Assembly: GCA_963665125.2 (NCBI GenBank)
Contig: CAXXUK010000002.1
Span: forward strand, 608,001-672,000
Direction: 5' to 3'
Length of the DNA stretch: 64,000 nucleotides
Origin: an uncultured Desulfarculus sp.
GTDB taxonomy: Bacteria; Desulfobacterota; Desulfarculia; Desulfarculales; Desulfarculaceae
The notes beneath the pieces are model-generated. The model was not told the origin of the DNA, did no database searches, and worked only from the letters and a program-made list of their open reading frames with translations. The first letter of the stretch is position 1, and each line of letters begins with the position of its first letter. Shown here piece by piece: positions 40,714 to 51,500 of this stretch. The translations under genes and the position numbers were made by a program.

Positions 40714-41688
40714 CTATTGCTCCAGGAACACGGTTTTAAAACTGTTTTTCATGCTGACCAGTATCGCGCCCATTTTCCAGGCTTGTTGGTTGGTGCTCGG
40801 ATGACCGTAAACAAATTCCCTGGGGTCATCGTGCACCAACATCAGGCGTAGGGCCGGAAAAGGCGACGACCCGGCGAAACGCATCATGGCCAGGTCGCCC
40901 GAGCTGTTGCCAAAGACCAATACCGGCGGGCCGCCCAGCACCTGCAATAGGTTTTCCGCCTTGGTAAGTTTAAGGTTGAGGCTTTTGACCGCGCCGCCCC
41001 GGACAAACCTGAGCTTCTGGTCGTCCTTGACTGGCACGGTTTCATAACGGGTGCCGATGCATCGTTCGGCCGGAACGCCCAGATACTTTGGCCCGATGGC
41101 CCGCAGCATGAATTGCGGCGAACCCGAGCACAGCCAGACCTGGAAGCCGTTTTGTTTCAGAAGTTCGATGAGTTCAAGCATGGGCTTGTAGATCATCCGG
41201 CGGTAGGGCAGGCTTTTGGCCTTGTTGGTTTGGTCGGCGAAAAACTCGGCGCAGAACTGCTCATAGGCCCCGAAGCTCATTCCGGCGAACGGCGCGCTGA
41301 GGCTGAAGTCGATGTCCTTGAGCAAAAACTCCCTGTCATTGGTTTCGGCGGCCCGGCACAACTTGGCCAACTCGGCCGGCCTGTCCGGCTTGGGGCATAT
41401 CTCGGCCAGCCGGGCCTTGCTGATTTCCATGGCCGTGAACATCGGCTTTTCGCTGATCAAGGTGCCGTCAACGTCGAACACGGCCACCCTCCGGGACGGA
41501 GGTATGAAACCTTTGTCGCCCGGGGTGGACGCGGAGTGGATGTAATCGGTCAACTGCCGTTTGACCATGCCCTGCCACGAGGGCAACTCGTCGTCGGCCC
41601 AGGCCGGCAGGGACAACAGAACCAGCACGACAATAAACACAGACATAAGGTATTTCGATGATGAAGTTGTTCGGCTATTGCAAACCAT
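40714..41688 (-). CDS. Secreted HAD-superfamily phosphatase
   Basis: Signal peptide, LPSW, motif I VFDVDGTL, YKPMLELI..L..NGF, CSGS, FGNSSGDLAM. GGAG RBS before ATG 41688. Confidence 0.85.
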   Translation of the reverse strand: MVCNSRTTSSSKYLMSVFIVVLVLLSLPAWADDELPSWQGMVKRQLTDYIHSASTPGDKGFIPPSRRVAVFDVDGTLISEKPMFTAMEISKARLAEICPKPDRPAELAKLCRAAETNDREFLLKDIDFSLSAPFAGMSFGAYEQFCAEFFADQTNKAKSLPYRRMIYKPMLELIELLKQNGFQVWLCSGSPQFMLRAIGPKYLGVPAERCIGTRYETVPVKDDQKLRFVRGGAVKSLNLKLTKAENLLQVLGGPPVLVFGNSSGDLAMMRFAGSSPFPALRLMLVHDDPREFVYGHPSTNQQAWKMGAILVSMKNSFKTVFLEQ

Positions 41689-41810
41689 TGTCAGCACTCC
41701 GCATTTTTTCCGAGCCATCGTTCGGCATCCGGCTTGACACCGGCATTTCGGGAACCTAAACTACAAGCTCCATAGCAGAAAAAAACGTCGTCGGGAATGG
41801 GGAATCGAAC

Positions 41811-42899
41811 ATGGCTGAAAAAACTGCGTCGCGGGGGGCGTACATTACCGAGAAAAAGCAGGCCGGGCTGCGCCCGGTGGGTGTTTTTCCGGCCCAGTAT
41901 CCCAAAGAGATCCTTTGGGCCCTGGGCATACTGCCTGTTGAAATCTGGGATCCGCCGCTGGATATCTCCACGGCTGGAGCGCATTTGCAGCCTTATGTCT
42001 GCTCCATCGTCCAAAGCGGGCTGGAACTGATACTAAATGGCGGCGCGGAGGAAATGGAGGCGTTTCTTTTTCCCCACACCTGCGATTCGGTGCAGAACCT
42101 GGCCACGGTGGTCAACGACTACATTGACCTGAACAAGCCCTGCTACTTCTTTTTTCACCCCAAGGCGCCCTACCGGCAGTCTTCCCGGGATTATTACTAC
42201 AACCAGCTCAAACGCCTGGCCAAGGAGCTGGAGCCCCAGTTCGGGCCAATGGACGCCGAAAAGCTGAAAACGGCCGTGGCCCAGGGGGCCAAGGTGGCCG
42301 AGCTGCTCCGCCAGATCTACATGCTCCGGGCCCAGAACCGTCTGGCCTGCTCGGCTGTCGAGTTTTACAAGACCATCCGCCTGGGCGAGTATCTGTTGCC
42401 GGAAGATTTCATCCCCGTGCTTGAGGACTTCATGCTCGGGGCGGGGGGCCAGGGTCCGAGCGGACCGGCCGTGGTGCTCAGCGGCGTATTGCCCAATCCG
42501 CCGGAAATTCTCCAGACCCTGGATGAAATGGACGTGCGCATCGGCAACGACGATCTTTTGGCCTGCAGCCGCCGGATGATCGCCCCGCCGGTCCACGACG
42601 ACGACCCGCTGATGCAGATGACCAAGGCCTATTTCGGTCTGCCGCCTTGCAGCACCAAGAACTCGCCCACCGATGAACGCCTGGACTATTTGCAGGTCAT
42701 CAGCGAGCGCAGCGGCGCCAAGGGCATCATCTTCAACATGGTCAAGTTCTGCGAGACCGAGCTTTTTGATATTCCCCAGCTGGAAGAGGCCCTAAAAAAA
42801 CGGGGCGTGCCCATTCTGGTGGTGGACACCGAAATAAACCAGGGATTTTCCGGCCAGCTGGCCACACGCATAGAAGCATTCATCGAGATGCTCGGTTAG
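41811..42899 (+). CDS. 2-hydroxyacyl-CoA dehydratase family subunit (HgdB/FldC/BcrC-like)
   Basis: P.EI.WA.G.LPV, YVCSI, PHTCDS, VKFC..E.FD, Q..TRIEAF.EML. Confidence 0.88.
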   Translation: MAEKTASRGAYITEKKQAGLRPVGVFPAQYPKEILWALGILPVEIWDPPLDISTAGAHLQPYVCSIVQSGLELILNGGAEEMEAFLFPHTCDSVQNLATVVNDYIDLNKPCYFFFHPKAPYRQSSRDYYYNQLKRLAKELEPQFGPMDAEKLKTAVAQGAKVAELLRQIYMLRAQNRLACSAVEFYKTIRLGEYLLPEDFIPVLEDFMLGAGGQGPSGPAVVLSGVLPNPPEILQTLDEMDVRIGNDDLLACSRRMIAPPVHDDDPLMQMTKAYFGLPPCSTKNSPTDERLDYLQVISERSGAKGIIFNMVKFCETELFDIPQLEEALKKRGVPILVVDTEINQGFSGQLATRIEAFIEMLG

Positions 42900-42909
42900 G
42901 AGGGCGAAC

Positions 42910-44244
42910 GTGTCACTGGCCAAGAAGATCGAATACTGGTTCATGAAGGATATCGGCGCCGATTTGTTGATGAAGTTCGGCGGGGCGGCCAAAAAGAAAA
43001 AGGGCCCATCCAAGCCCAACCCCAAACTGGGTCCGCGCCTTGAGGCCAGCGCCGTGTTGCAACGGATCATCGCCAGACATTATTTCATGTCGCGCTTTGC
43101 CAAGGGGGCCATGCCCGTCGCCTGGGTTACTTCCGGAGCGCCGGTGGAACTGCTGCGGGCTTTCGGTTTCTACACCGTTTATCCGGAAAACCACTCCGCC
43201 CTGTGCGGCGCGGCCAAGCGCGGGGCCGAGATCTGCCAGGTGGCCGAGGAACGCGGCTACGCCTCGGAGCTTTGTTCCTACGCCCGAGTCGATCTGGGGC
43301 ACCTGTTCAGCGGCAAGACGCCGGTGGGCCTGTTGCCCAAGCCGGACATCCTGTTTTGCACAACCAATATCTGCGCCACGGTGGGCTATTGGTACAAGGC
43401 AATCGCCCACTACCTGCAAATACCGCTGATCCAGCTGGACACGCCGTTCAACTTCACCGAGATGACCCAGGCCGACGAAGACTACATCGTGGCCCAACTG
43501 CACGAGTCGGTGGAGGAGTTGGAGAAATTCTCGGGCCGCAAATTCAACTACAACGAGTTCGTGCGCATTTGCGAGATGAGCCACGCCACGTCCATGCTCT
43601 GGGGCGAGGTCCTCGACACCATGAAGACCAAGCCATCGCCCATGACCATCTTCGACGCCTTCACCCAGATGCTGCCCGTGGTCAGCCTGCGGGGCCTGCC
43701 TGTGGCCAAAAACTACTACGAAATTCTGATCGAGGAATTGCAACAACGGGTCAAGGACGGCGTGGGGGCCCTGGCCAACGAGCGCAAGCGGCTGATGTGG
43801 GACAACATCGCCGTGTGGTTCAAACTCAACGACCTGTCCAAGCTCTTTGCCGAGCACGACATGAACTTCGTGGTGGCCACCTACACCAGTTCCTGGAGCT
43901 CCACCCAGGACCATATGTCCAACGCCGATCCCTTCAAGGGCATCGCCCAGACCTATAGCCGCACCATTCTCAACTGCAATCTCAACCACCGCCTGCACAC
44001 CATGCAGCAGTCCATTGAAGATTGGGACGTCGACGGCCTGGTGATCCATTCGGCCCGCTCGTGCAAGCCCTACTCCGTGGGCCAGTACGACCTCAAGCGC
44101 CTGGTCCTGGAGCGCTTCGACGTGCCGTCGGTGGTCATCGAGGCCGATATCGCCGACGAGCGGGTCTGGAGCGATGAACAGGTGCGCACCAGGCTGGAGG
44201 CGTTCTTTGAAGCACTGGAAGACGACGGCAGGGAGGCCGCATAA
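42910..44244 (+). CDS. 2-hydroxyacyl-CoA dehydratase family subunit (HgdA/FldB/BcrB-like)
   Basis: PVE..RAFG...YPENH, GY..ELCSYAR, LPKPD, NIC.TV..W, VDG.V.HS.RSCK, TRLEAF. Confidence 0.88.
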   Translation: MSLAKKIEYWFMKDIGADLLMKFGGAAKKKKGPSKPNPKLGPRLEASAVLQRIIARHYFMSRFAKGAMPVAWVTSGAPVELLRAFGFYTVYPENHSALCGAAKRGAEICQVAEERGYASELCSYARVDLGHLFSGKTPVGLLPKPDILFCTTNICATVGYWYKAIAHYLQIPLIQLDTPFNFTEMTQADEDYIVAQLHESVEELEKFSGRKFNYNEFVRICEMSHATSMLWGEVLDTMKTKPSPMTIFDAFTQMLPVVSLRGLPVAKNYYEILIEELQQRVKDGVGALANERKRLMWDNIAVWFKLNDLSKLFAEHDMNFVVATYTSSWSSTQDHMSNADPFKGIAQTYSRTILNCNLNHRLHTMQQSIEDWDVDGLVIHSARSCKPYSVGQYDLKRLVLERFDVPSVVIEADIADERVWSDEQVRTRLEAFFEALEDDGREAA

Positions 44245-45024
44245 ATGGCATACTTCGCGGGGGTAGACGTCGGTTCTCTTAGCACCGACGTCGTGATCAT
44301 CGATGACAACGCCGAAATAATCTCCTATACGGTAATCGAAACCGGGGCCAACTCCACCCAGGCCGCTGAAAAGGCCCTGGAAAGCGCCCTGGAACAGGCC
44401 GGGATCAAACGACGGGACATCGCCAAGGTGGTGGCCACCGGCTACGGCCGCATCAGCGTGCCCGGCGCGGACAAAAAGATAACCGAGATCACCTGCCACG
44501 GCGCGGGGGCGCACCACCTGTTCCCCGGCGCCCAGACCGTAATCGATATCGGCGGCCAGGACTCCAAGGTCATCCGCCTGGGGCCCGGCGGCAAGGTCAT
44601 CGATTTCGTGATGAACGACAAGTGCGCCGCGGGCACGGGCCGCTTTCTGGAGGTCATGGCCGGCAAGCTCCAGGTGAAGCTTTCGGACATGGGGCCGCTG
44701 TCTTTGAAGGCCCAGGGCGAACCGGTGAAGATCAGCAGCGTCTGCACGGTGTTCGCCGAGAGCGAGGTCGTCAGCCTGGTGGCCCAAAACCATCCCACCG
44801 AGCAGATCATCAAGGGCATCCACAAGGCCATCGTCAACCGCGTCTGGAACATGGTCAAGGGTCTGGGCGAACCGGGCAAGGTGGTCATGAGCGGCGGCGT
44901 GGCCAAGAACCGGGGCGTTGCCGCCCTGTTCGAGGAACGCCTTGGCGCGCCCATGCTCATCAGCGACGAGCCCCAGATCGTGGGGGCTTTGGGCGCGGCG
45001 CTGTTGGCCCGCAATCAGAGCTGA
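44245..45024 (+). CDS. Acyl-CoA dehydratase activase (HgdC/BcrA-like ASKHA ATPase)
   Basis: GVDVGS.ST, ATGYGR, TEITCH..GA, IDIGGQDSK, MNDKCAAGTGRFLE, CTVFAESEV, GGVAKN. Confidence 0.95.
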   Translation: MAYFAGVDVGSLSTDVVIIDDNAEIISYTVIETGANSTQAAEKALESALEQAGIKRRDIAKVVATGYGRISVPGADKKITEITCHGAGAHHLFPGAQTVIDIGGQDSKVIRLGPGGKVIDFVMNDKCAAGTGRFLEVMAGKLQVKLSDMGPLSLKAQGEPVKISSVCTVFAESEVVSLVAQNHPTEQIIKGIHKAIVNRVWNMVKGLGEPGKVVMSGGVAKNRGVAALFEERLGAPMLISDEPQIVGALGAALLARNQS

Positions 45025-45047
45025 CACCTGCACCATAGTCCGATAAA

Positions 45048-45096
45048 CAGCGCCCCGGACGGACCAAGTCCGATCCGGGGCTTACGGTGCATGGCT
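45048..45096. repeat. Dispersed 49-bp palindromic intergenic repeat, copy 2
   Basis: 43/49 identical to 24993-25041; folds GCCCCGGA-CGGAC-caa-GTCCG-a-TCCGGGGC. Confidence 0.75.
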
Positions 45097-45198
45097 TGAT
45101 TCTGCGGGAAACAAACACTTCCATACGCCAACACGCACTGAATGCCTACACATTCAGACCGGGGCGGCTTTAGTCATTATCAGGCCGTGCAATGAAAT

Positions 45199-46671
45199 CT
45201 ATTGCTCCCCAGTGCCGGGTTGGCCAAACTTCAAGAGCCGATCGGCCTCGGGCGCGACCCCTCGCTTCTCATCACGCCCGCCCGGGCTCTCTCCTCGATC
45301 CTTGGCCTTCTGCTCCAGGGTAAACAGCCGTTCCACCCAATCCCGCTTGTAATAGATGTCGGCTTCGAACGCCCACTTTTCCAGCCTCTTGGCAAACCAC
45401 AGGGCCGCCCAGCATTCCTTGTGGGCCGCGGCCATGAGACCTTGCTTTTCGAGGACCAGGCTCAATTGGTAATGGTAATCGGGGTCCTTGATGTTCAAGG
45501 CCAAGGCGGCCTGCAGGTTCTCCCTGGCCGGACCAAACTCTCCCTTGGCCAGGAGGGCTTGCCCCCGTAGGGCCAGGGCCAGGGCCAGGTCCTTGTCGGC
45601 TTCGGGAATCCTCTGGGCCAGTTGGTCCAGACCGGGCCCTTTGCGGCTGGCCGCCAGCTGCTCATACGCCTGGGAGAGCGCCGGCATGGGGGCTTTGTGC
45701 GGCGCGGCAGCCGACTCTATATAGTGATCCAGGTCCGTTAGGGCCTGGTCCGCGTCACCTTGGGAAACCAGGATTTCGCCACGGAAGAGGAGGGCGGGGC
45801 CGAAACCGGAATCTTTTGCCAAAGCCTCGTTCAACTTGTCCATGGCCCAGTCCGGCTTGGCCAACCGCCAGGCGGCCTGGGCGGCCACCGTCATGGCCAT
45901 GGGGACTTCATCAGGGCTGCCGCCGCCGAAATACGCGGCCCGGCGGGCCAGGCGGAGGGCCTGGTGGCAGTCTCCGGCCCGGAGGGCGGCTTGGGCCACC
46001 TTCAGGTCCAGCGCCGGGTCCACCGTGTAGAAATCAACCAGTATGCCCAGCCCCAGGACCAGAGCCACCATGACACCGACCACGTTCATCCATTTGCTGG
46101 GTTTGGGGCCCTGGTCGGAGGCATCATTCGTAGGCGGCTCGGATGTCGCCTGCTCCCCTGGATCGGAGCCGGCGCCCCAGGGCAACCGCGCCAGGAAAAA
46201 GTACATGATGGCCCAGTCCACAAGGCTGAAAACGACCCACATGAACCCGCCGGCCCCCATGCCGAATCCTTTTTGCACACCGCCGGAGGACATGATGCCA
46301 AACGCGAATTCAACGCCATTGCCCGACAATACCTGGGACAGGAAACCCAGGGGCGCGAACCATGGCTGGGCGAGGCCAAAGCCCACCGCAAGCCCCGTCT
46401 GAAAGATCAGGAACCACAGAAAGGCCATTTTCAAGCAGACCGCGTTTTCCGGAGAAACCCCGGCCCGGTTGATGCGTCTGACCAGCCAGGCGATCAGCAG
46501 GCCGCAGACCGCGCCTTGGGCCAGCACGAAAAAGCCCATCCAATAGCGCAGCCAGCCCATGCCCAAACCCAGCAGCAGCGCCGCTAGCGACCCAACGATG
46601 GCCGCCCTGACGAGATCGCCCGTGCCGGTGTCCGGCCTTGCCGCCATAGGTTTATCATCGTATGTATTCAC
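45199..46671 (-). CDS. Membrane protein with C-terminal TPR repeats
   Basis: About 5 N-terminal hydrophobic segments, then TPR-like helices (ALLFRGE..., ALALRGQALL..G....A...L..AL.LN..DP..HYQL). Confidence 0.75.
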   Translation of the reverse strand: MNTYDDKPMAARPDTGTGDLVRAAIVGSLAALLLGLGMGWLRYWMGFFVLAQGAVCGLLIAWLVRRINRAGVSPENAVCLKMAFLWFLIFQTGLAVGFGLAQPWFAPLGFLSQVLSGNGVEFAFGIMSSGGVQKGFGMGAGGFMWVVFSLVDWAIMYFFLARLPWGAGSDPGEQATSEPPTNDASDQGPKPSKWMNVVGVMVALVLGLGILVDFYTVDPALDLKVAQAALRAGDCHQALRLARRAAYFGGGSPDEVPMAMTVAAQAAWRLAKPDWAMDKLNEALAKDSGFGPALLFRGEILVSQGDADQALTDLDHYIESAAAPHKAPMPALSQAYEQLAASRKGPGLDQLAQRIPEADKDLALALALRGQALLAKGEFGPARENLQAALALNIKDPDYHYQLSLVLEKQGLMAAAHKECWAALWFAKRLEKWAFEADIYYKRDWVERLFTLEQKAKDRGESPGGRDEKRGVAPEADRLLKFGQPGTGEQ

Positions 46672-46694
46672 GTGTTGAGCTGTTGCCTCCCGGA

Positions 46695-47816
46695 TTATTT
46701 CGCGGTCCCTGGTTTCGCCGTGGGTTCAGGGGGAACCTCCTCCTCGAAGGGCACACCGGCGCGTCCCAAGGCGTCGCAAATCTCGTCGTAGCCCACCAAT
46801 TTGTCGGCCCACACCTTCAGGATCCGGCCGTCCCGGCAGGGAATCTCGAGCCCGTAATTGAAGGCTTGCGCGCCGAGGACGATTGGTCCCGCCAGGCGCG
46901 GGTTGAGCAGGATGGTCAGCCAGGCGACAATCTTGAACCACCTTGGCGGAGTCCAGCTTGCTGGTTTCACCAGGGTCATTTCGCTGTAAAGAAAGCGATT
47001 GGATCCCCTCAGGCTCACCTTGGTTATACCGTCGGGTGCGATGACAAAACGCAGACCCTCGTACCAGGCCGAAATGACAAAGCAGGACGCGCCGATGGCG
47101 GCTATGAACCAGAAGATCAGGCTGAACCAGGCGTCGCCCTGGCTGAAGCTCAGAGGGCGGGGGTGGGGTGTGATCTGGGGCGTTATCAGCAATGGCATGA
47201 CCATGAAGGCCCCGGCCAAGAGCAATCCGGTGAAATCCGGCCCGATCACCGAGCGCCAGCGAATGTAGGACGCCTCGTGCTCCCGGCGTCGCCGCCAGGG
47301 CAGCACCAGATAGAGCAGCACCCCGACCCCGGCCAGCCAGGGCGCCAGGTGGGCGTATGGCCTGGTCATGCCCCAGGAAACGCCGGTCATGTTGGATGCG
47401 CTGTCGGTGCCAATGAAGCCGGCCCATAGAAACACCGGGTACTTGCCCGGCAGTCCCAAGGTGTAGAGGGGATAGTCGGAATCCTCCAGGTCGCTCAAAG
47501 GTGGCGTGCCCGCCGGCAAATACATATAGTTACGGCGGCCGCCGGCGCCGGAGGCTTTTTCCCCCGCTTTCTGGAAAAGTTCCTCCCAGGCCGGGCCCTG
47601 CACCTTGTGTCCGGTGGTTTGGGTTTCCTTCCTGACGAACTCGGCCAACCCGGCCGTTCGGGCTTGACCCTGGTGGAAGTAGGCCATTTTTTCGGCATAC
47701 TTGCGTCCCAGGTCCACCTGACAGACTTGCCAGACGCCGGGGGCGGGGTAGCACAGGCACCACAGGGAGGCCATGATTGGCAATATCCCCAACAATTTGC
47801 GTAAAACCGGCCACAT
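46695..47816 (-). CDS. Hypothetical membrane protein (possible C-terminal bacterial PH-like domain)
   Basis: GGAGG RBS; several TM segments; LRFVIAPDGITKVSL.G..RFLYSEM resembles bPH domains; likely co-transcribed with the TPR gene. Confidence 0.7.
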   Translation of the reverse strand: MWPVLRKLLGILPIMASLWCLCYPAPGVWQVCQVDLGRKYAEKMAYFHQGQARTAGLAEFVRKETQTTGHKVQGPAWEELFQKAGEKASGAGGRRNYMYLPAGTPPLSDLEDSDYPLYTLGLPGKYPVFLWAGFIGTDSASNMTGVSWGMTRPYAHLAPWLAGVGVLLYLVLPWRRRREHEASYIRWRSVIGPDFTGLLLAGAFMVMPLLITPQITPHPRPLSFSQGDAWFSLIFWFIAAIGASCFVISAWYEGLRFVIAPDGITKVSLRGSNRFLYSEMTLVKPASWTPPRWFKIVAWLTILLNPRLAGPIVLGAQAFNYGLEIPCRDGRILKVWADKLVGYDEICDALGRAGVPFEEEVPPEPTAKPGTAK

Positions 47817-48391
47817 GGTTGGCCTCCGTTTGGGGTGCGCTTGTCACTGGTCTGACCCATCACCGACAGACAGTTTGTTAAGCGACAATTTCGTTTTCAA
47901 AGGCCAACAGTCTGATGTAGTCGTTGGCACTGTGCATTCTGTTGTGGTTGTAGGGCGCATCAAAAATGCCCGAACACTGCCCGGCACAGGTCCTGACGAT
48001 TAGCGACGCTTCCGCCGATGATCTGCAAGGTTCAGTCCTCGGCAATTCACGTGGCTTCAAGTTATGCTAAGTGTCCCACACTATAGGAGGCCATGTCCCT
48101 AAATTACAGGGTTAGAACGCACATGGACCTTACCCTTGCCTTTCCTCCAGTCATTTTGGTCCCATGAAGCGACTTGGGCCGTAGCCGATGGTTTTACCTA
48201 GCCGCTACAGCCCATTTCTTTAGGGAGGCAATGAACCCATCATGCAGAGGATTCCATTATTGCCACCAATAAAATGATCATCAAGAGTTCGCTTCAGGCG
48301 GACTGGGGGCAAGTGGTTCTTTTTTCGGATAGAGAACAAGCAATCCGCCCAGCCCGGACGGCGGCTCGGCAATTAACTGGACGCCGAACAC

Positions 48392-48509
48392 CCGGGGCTT
48401 TGTCATGGCTTACCCTTTAAAGGCGATCTTGACAAAGCCCCGGTGTGCTGTTTTTTGTGACCGCCGTCAAAGTGGCATGCGGATAGGCACGCCACTTTGA
48501 CGGCGGTCA
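48392..48509. repeat. Two adjacent long inverted repeats (14-bp and 19-bp arms)
   Basis: CCGGGGCTTTGTCA...TGACAAAGCCCCGG (48392-48443), then a T-run, then TGACCGCCGTCAAAGTGGC...GCCACTTTGACGGCGGTCA (48458-48509). Confidence 0.8.
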
Positions 48510-48515
48510 ACGGCA

Positions 48516-51500
48516 TTAATGCACCGGTATAACACTGGCCCGCATCGTATTCTCGCCCGGCGACACGAAGATGTAAGTGACTTCCGGCGAGATTTCGCAC
48601 TCTCCCCGGGGGTGGATGCTTGAGGGGTAGATCTTGTAAGTGCCCGTTGATACTTGATTTAGATGCGATACGCCGGTGACGGGGTCTGAAGCCACCTGGC
48701 GTTGGCTCTGGGCCTGGTAGTCCTGGGGCCGCTGGCGGGCGTATTCGGTCATATCGCTTTGGCCCAGGTATTCCACCTGCCACACAACCTGTGGGCGGTC
48801 CTCCATGTCCCGGCTCCGGCCTAATCGGATGGTCAGGTTGCCCACGCTGCTATGGCCCACGTCCCGCCGCACGATATAGCGGCCGCCGAAGTTGGTACTG
48901 TCGGCTCTGTTGGTCATCAGCATTGAGGCCGGTTCAAAGGTGAGATCGGCTCCCATGGGCACCAGCTTGACGACGCCCGGCGGTACGTCCCAGATAATGA
49001 AGCTGCCGTCCGGGTTTATTCTGACCTGGGCGTTGGTTCGCTGGCAGGTGGGATCTTGGACGTGGTCGCAGCTTTCCACCCGCAGCGTTATTCCATCCGG
49101 TATGGGGCTGTCGTCGAGGGTGCTGAACCTGCCGTTGATGGACTGGGCGTTGTAGTCTCCGGAGGCGCGTACGAAGTCCACGCCGCTGACGGATTGGCCG
49201 CTGAGGTTGACGATGCGCTCCGCGGGCTGGAAAGCGGTGTGCACCGACTGCGGCACCAGCACATAGCGCCCTTGGCCCAGGCCCTGGAACACGAAATGGC
49301 CGTCATCTTCGGTGACGGCCGCCAGGTGGCCGGGCACCACAACCCTGGCGCTGCAATTGGGGTCATTGCCTCCGGTGCAGTAAAACAGCTTCACCTGCTT
49401 GTCACCCAAGCCCTCGTGGCCCAAGCCCCCGCTGTACGTAACGGACCAAAGGTTTCCGGCAATAAACGAGTTGCCCGTGGGGGCGATGCGGCTGGCCACA
49501 AAATAATGGTTCAGCATGTTGCGGTCGTTTATTGTGATATTAAGCGCCGCCGGCTCAAAGGAGTAGCCTTCCAATTCCGGGCGCACCACGTATTGCCCCT
49601 GGGGCAGATCGCGGAAGGCGAAGACCCCGGACTGGGCCGTGGTGGTGGTCTGGTCGCCGCAGTGGACGGTGACCCCGGCCAGGGGCCTGCCGTCGGCCTG
49701 GATCGTGCCGTTTATAACGAAACGGGCCAAATGGGTTGGCGTGGCCTCAATCTCCACGATGTGGCCGTCGGAAGCGCTGGCGACGGCCCGCCTCGGCGAG
49801 AAATCCCAGCCGTCTTTTCTGGGGCGTATTGTGACATATACATTCTGCCGGATTCCCTGGGTCTGGAACTCGCCGTTTTCATCGGTCCTCAAGTTGGGGT
49901 GATCGATACCCCGAATTTCGATGGTCACGTCGTCGGCGCCCGAGCCGTCGGCTAGCCGCACCACGCCAACGATGGGCCGGGAGTCCATGGGGCGACTATC
50001 CGGAGTCGGCGTTGCCCTGGTCTGCAGGTCCCGTGACAGGTCGAAGTCTACTTGCAGTTCCTGCCTGGAGCCGTAAGGAACCGTGACAATGCGTTCCACG
50101 GGTTGGGGCAGGCCCGAGTTCTGGGGCACCAATGGCTTGACCTTGTATCGCCCGGCATCGACGATGACCGAATAATTGCCGCTTTGGTCCACCGAAACAG
50201 CGCGGACCGCGCCGCCAATTCCGGCGGAATTCAGGCGCTGCACCCGGACCTGGCTGACGCCTTGGGCGGGGTCCTCGCAGTCGTTTACCGTGCCGTGAAT
50301 CCGGTAGCGGGGTGTCACCGTGATGCTGGACAAGTGCGAGTATTGTTCTTCCGCCAAAATGGTTTGCTGGCCCCCGGATATGGACCACATCGATGGGGCC
50401 GTGACGGTAATGGTGTATCTGCCCGGGGGCAGCTGACACCATCTAAGATAATTGTCACTACGAATGCTGAATTGGCCGGCATTGGGGCTGATGCTGACCT
50501 GCAACAGGCCGGCTTGGTACATATCCCGGACCCAGTTGTCCGCGAGTTCCTGCTGATTCCACCCGGCGGTCATCTGCCCGCTGATGACGCGGTCGGCGGA
50601 TACGCCGCCCCCGAGCCTGACCGGGGCGGACTGGCTGAACGACAGGCCCAGGGGCAGCCGCTGGATTTCATTGTTGGCCTTATCGAGCAAGACCAACTCG
50701 TACTGACCGGAAGGGAGCTTTTGCGAGTTGCTGTCGATCTGGAGCTTGTCCTCGGCCAAAGAGGCGCTCAGACCCTCGACGGCCTTGCCGCCATGCAGGA
50801 TGTGTACTTTGGCCACCCTGGCGGTTTGGGCTCCCCGTAAGTTCACCTGGGTGTCTTTGCCCTGCGTAATGGCGATGCTTTGGGGCCAAATAGTGATCTT
50901 GGCCTGGGTTGTTTCCGCGGCCGCGGTCGGTTTGACAACCGGCTTGGGCGTGGGCTTTACCATCAATTGGGCGGTTTTAGCGCTGGTTGCTCCGATGCCG
51001 CTGAGTTGGGCCCTGATGGAGGCGGTTTTCTCCAGTTCGATGCCCGTGTTGAAAACCACTTTCTTTTGGGAACTGTTGAGCCGGCGGCCCTTTGGGTCCA
51101 CTTTGCCAAGATCAAAGCTGTGGCTCTCGCCATCGGCGATTACCGTGAGCCTGGCCCGGGACAGGGCCGAGGCAGGGACCTCGGCTGCGCTCCAGCGTTC
51201 AAGGGTCACCCGCACTGTGCGGTCGACCAGGGCTATGTCCTTGACCCGCACCACCGCCGGAACCGGAGTGGGCTTGACCTGGACGGTTGGCTTGGTGGGA
51301 ATGGACGTCGCCGGCTGGAGGACCGGTTTGGGCGTGGGCTTTACCATCAATTGGGCGGTTTTAACGCTGGTAGCTCCGATTCCGCTGAGCTGGGCCCTGA
51401 TGGAGGCGGTTTTCTCCAGTTCGATGCCCGTGTTGAAGACCACTTTCTTTTGGGAGCTGTTGAGCTTGCTGCCCGCCGGATCGGCCTTGTGCAGGTTATA

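Noticed and set aside
42913..45036. 707-aa antisense ORF, and similar long shadow ORFs (e.g. 10246-11964, 33808-35211, 31156-32307)
   Set aside because: They lie opposite well-supported genes; high GC and codon bias suppress antisense stops, and the translations have no recognisable motifs.
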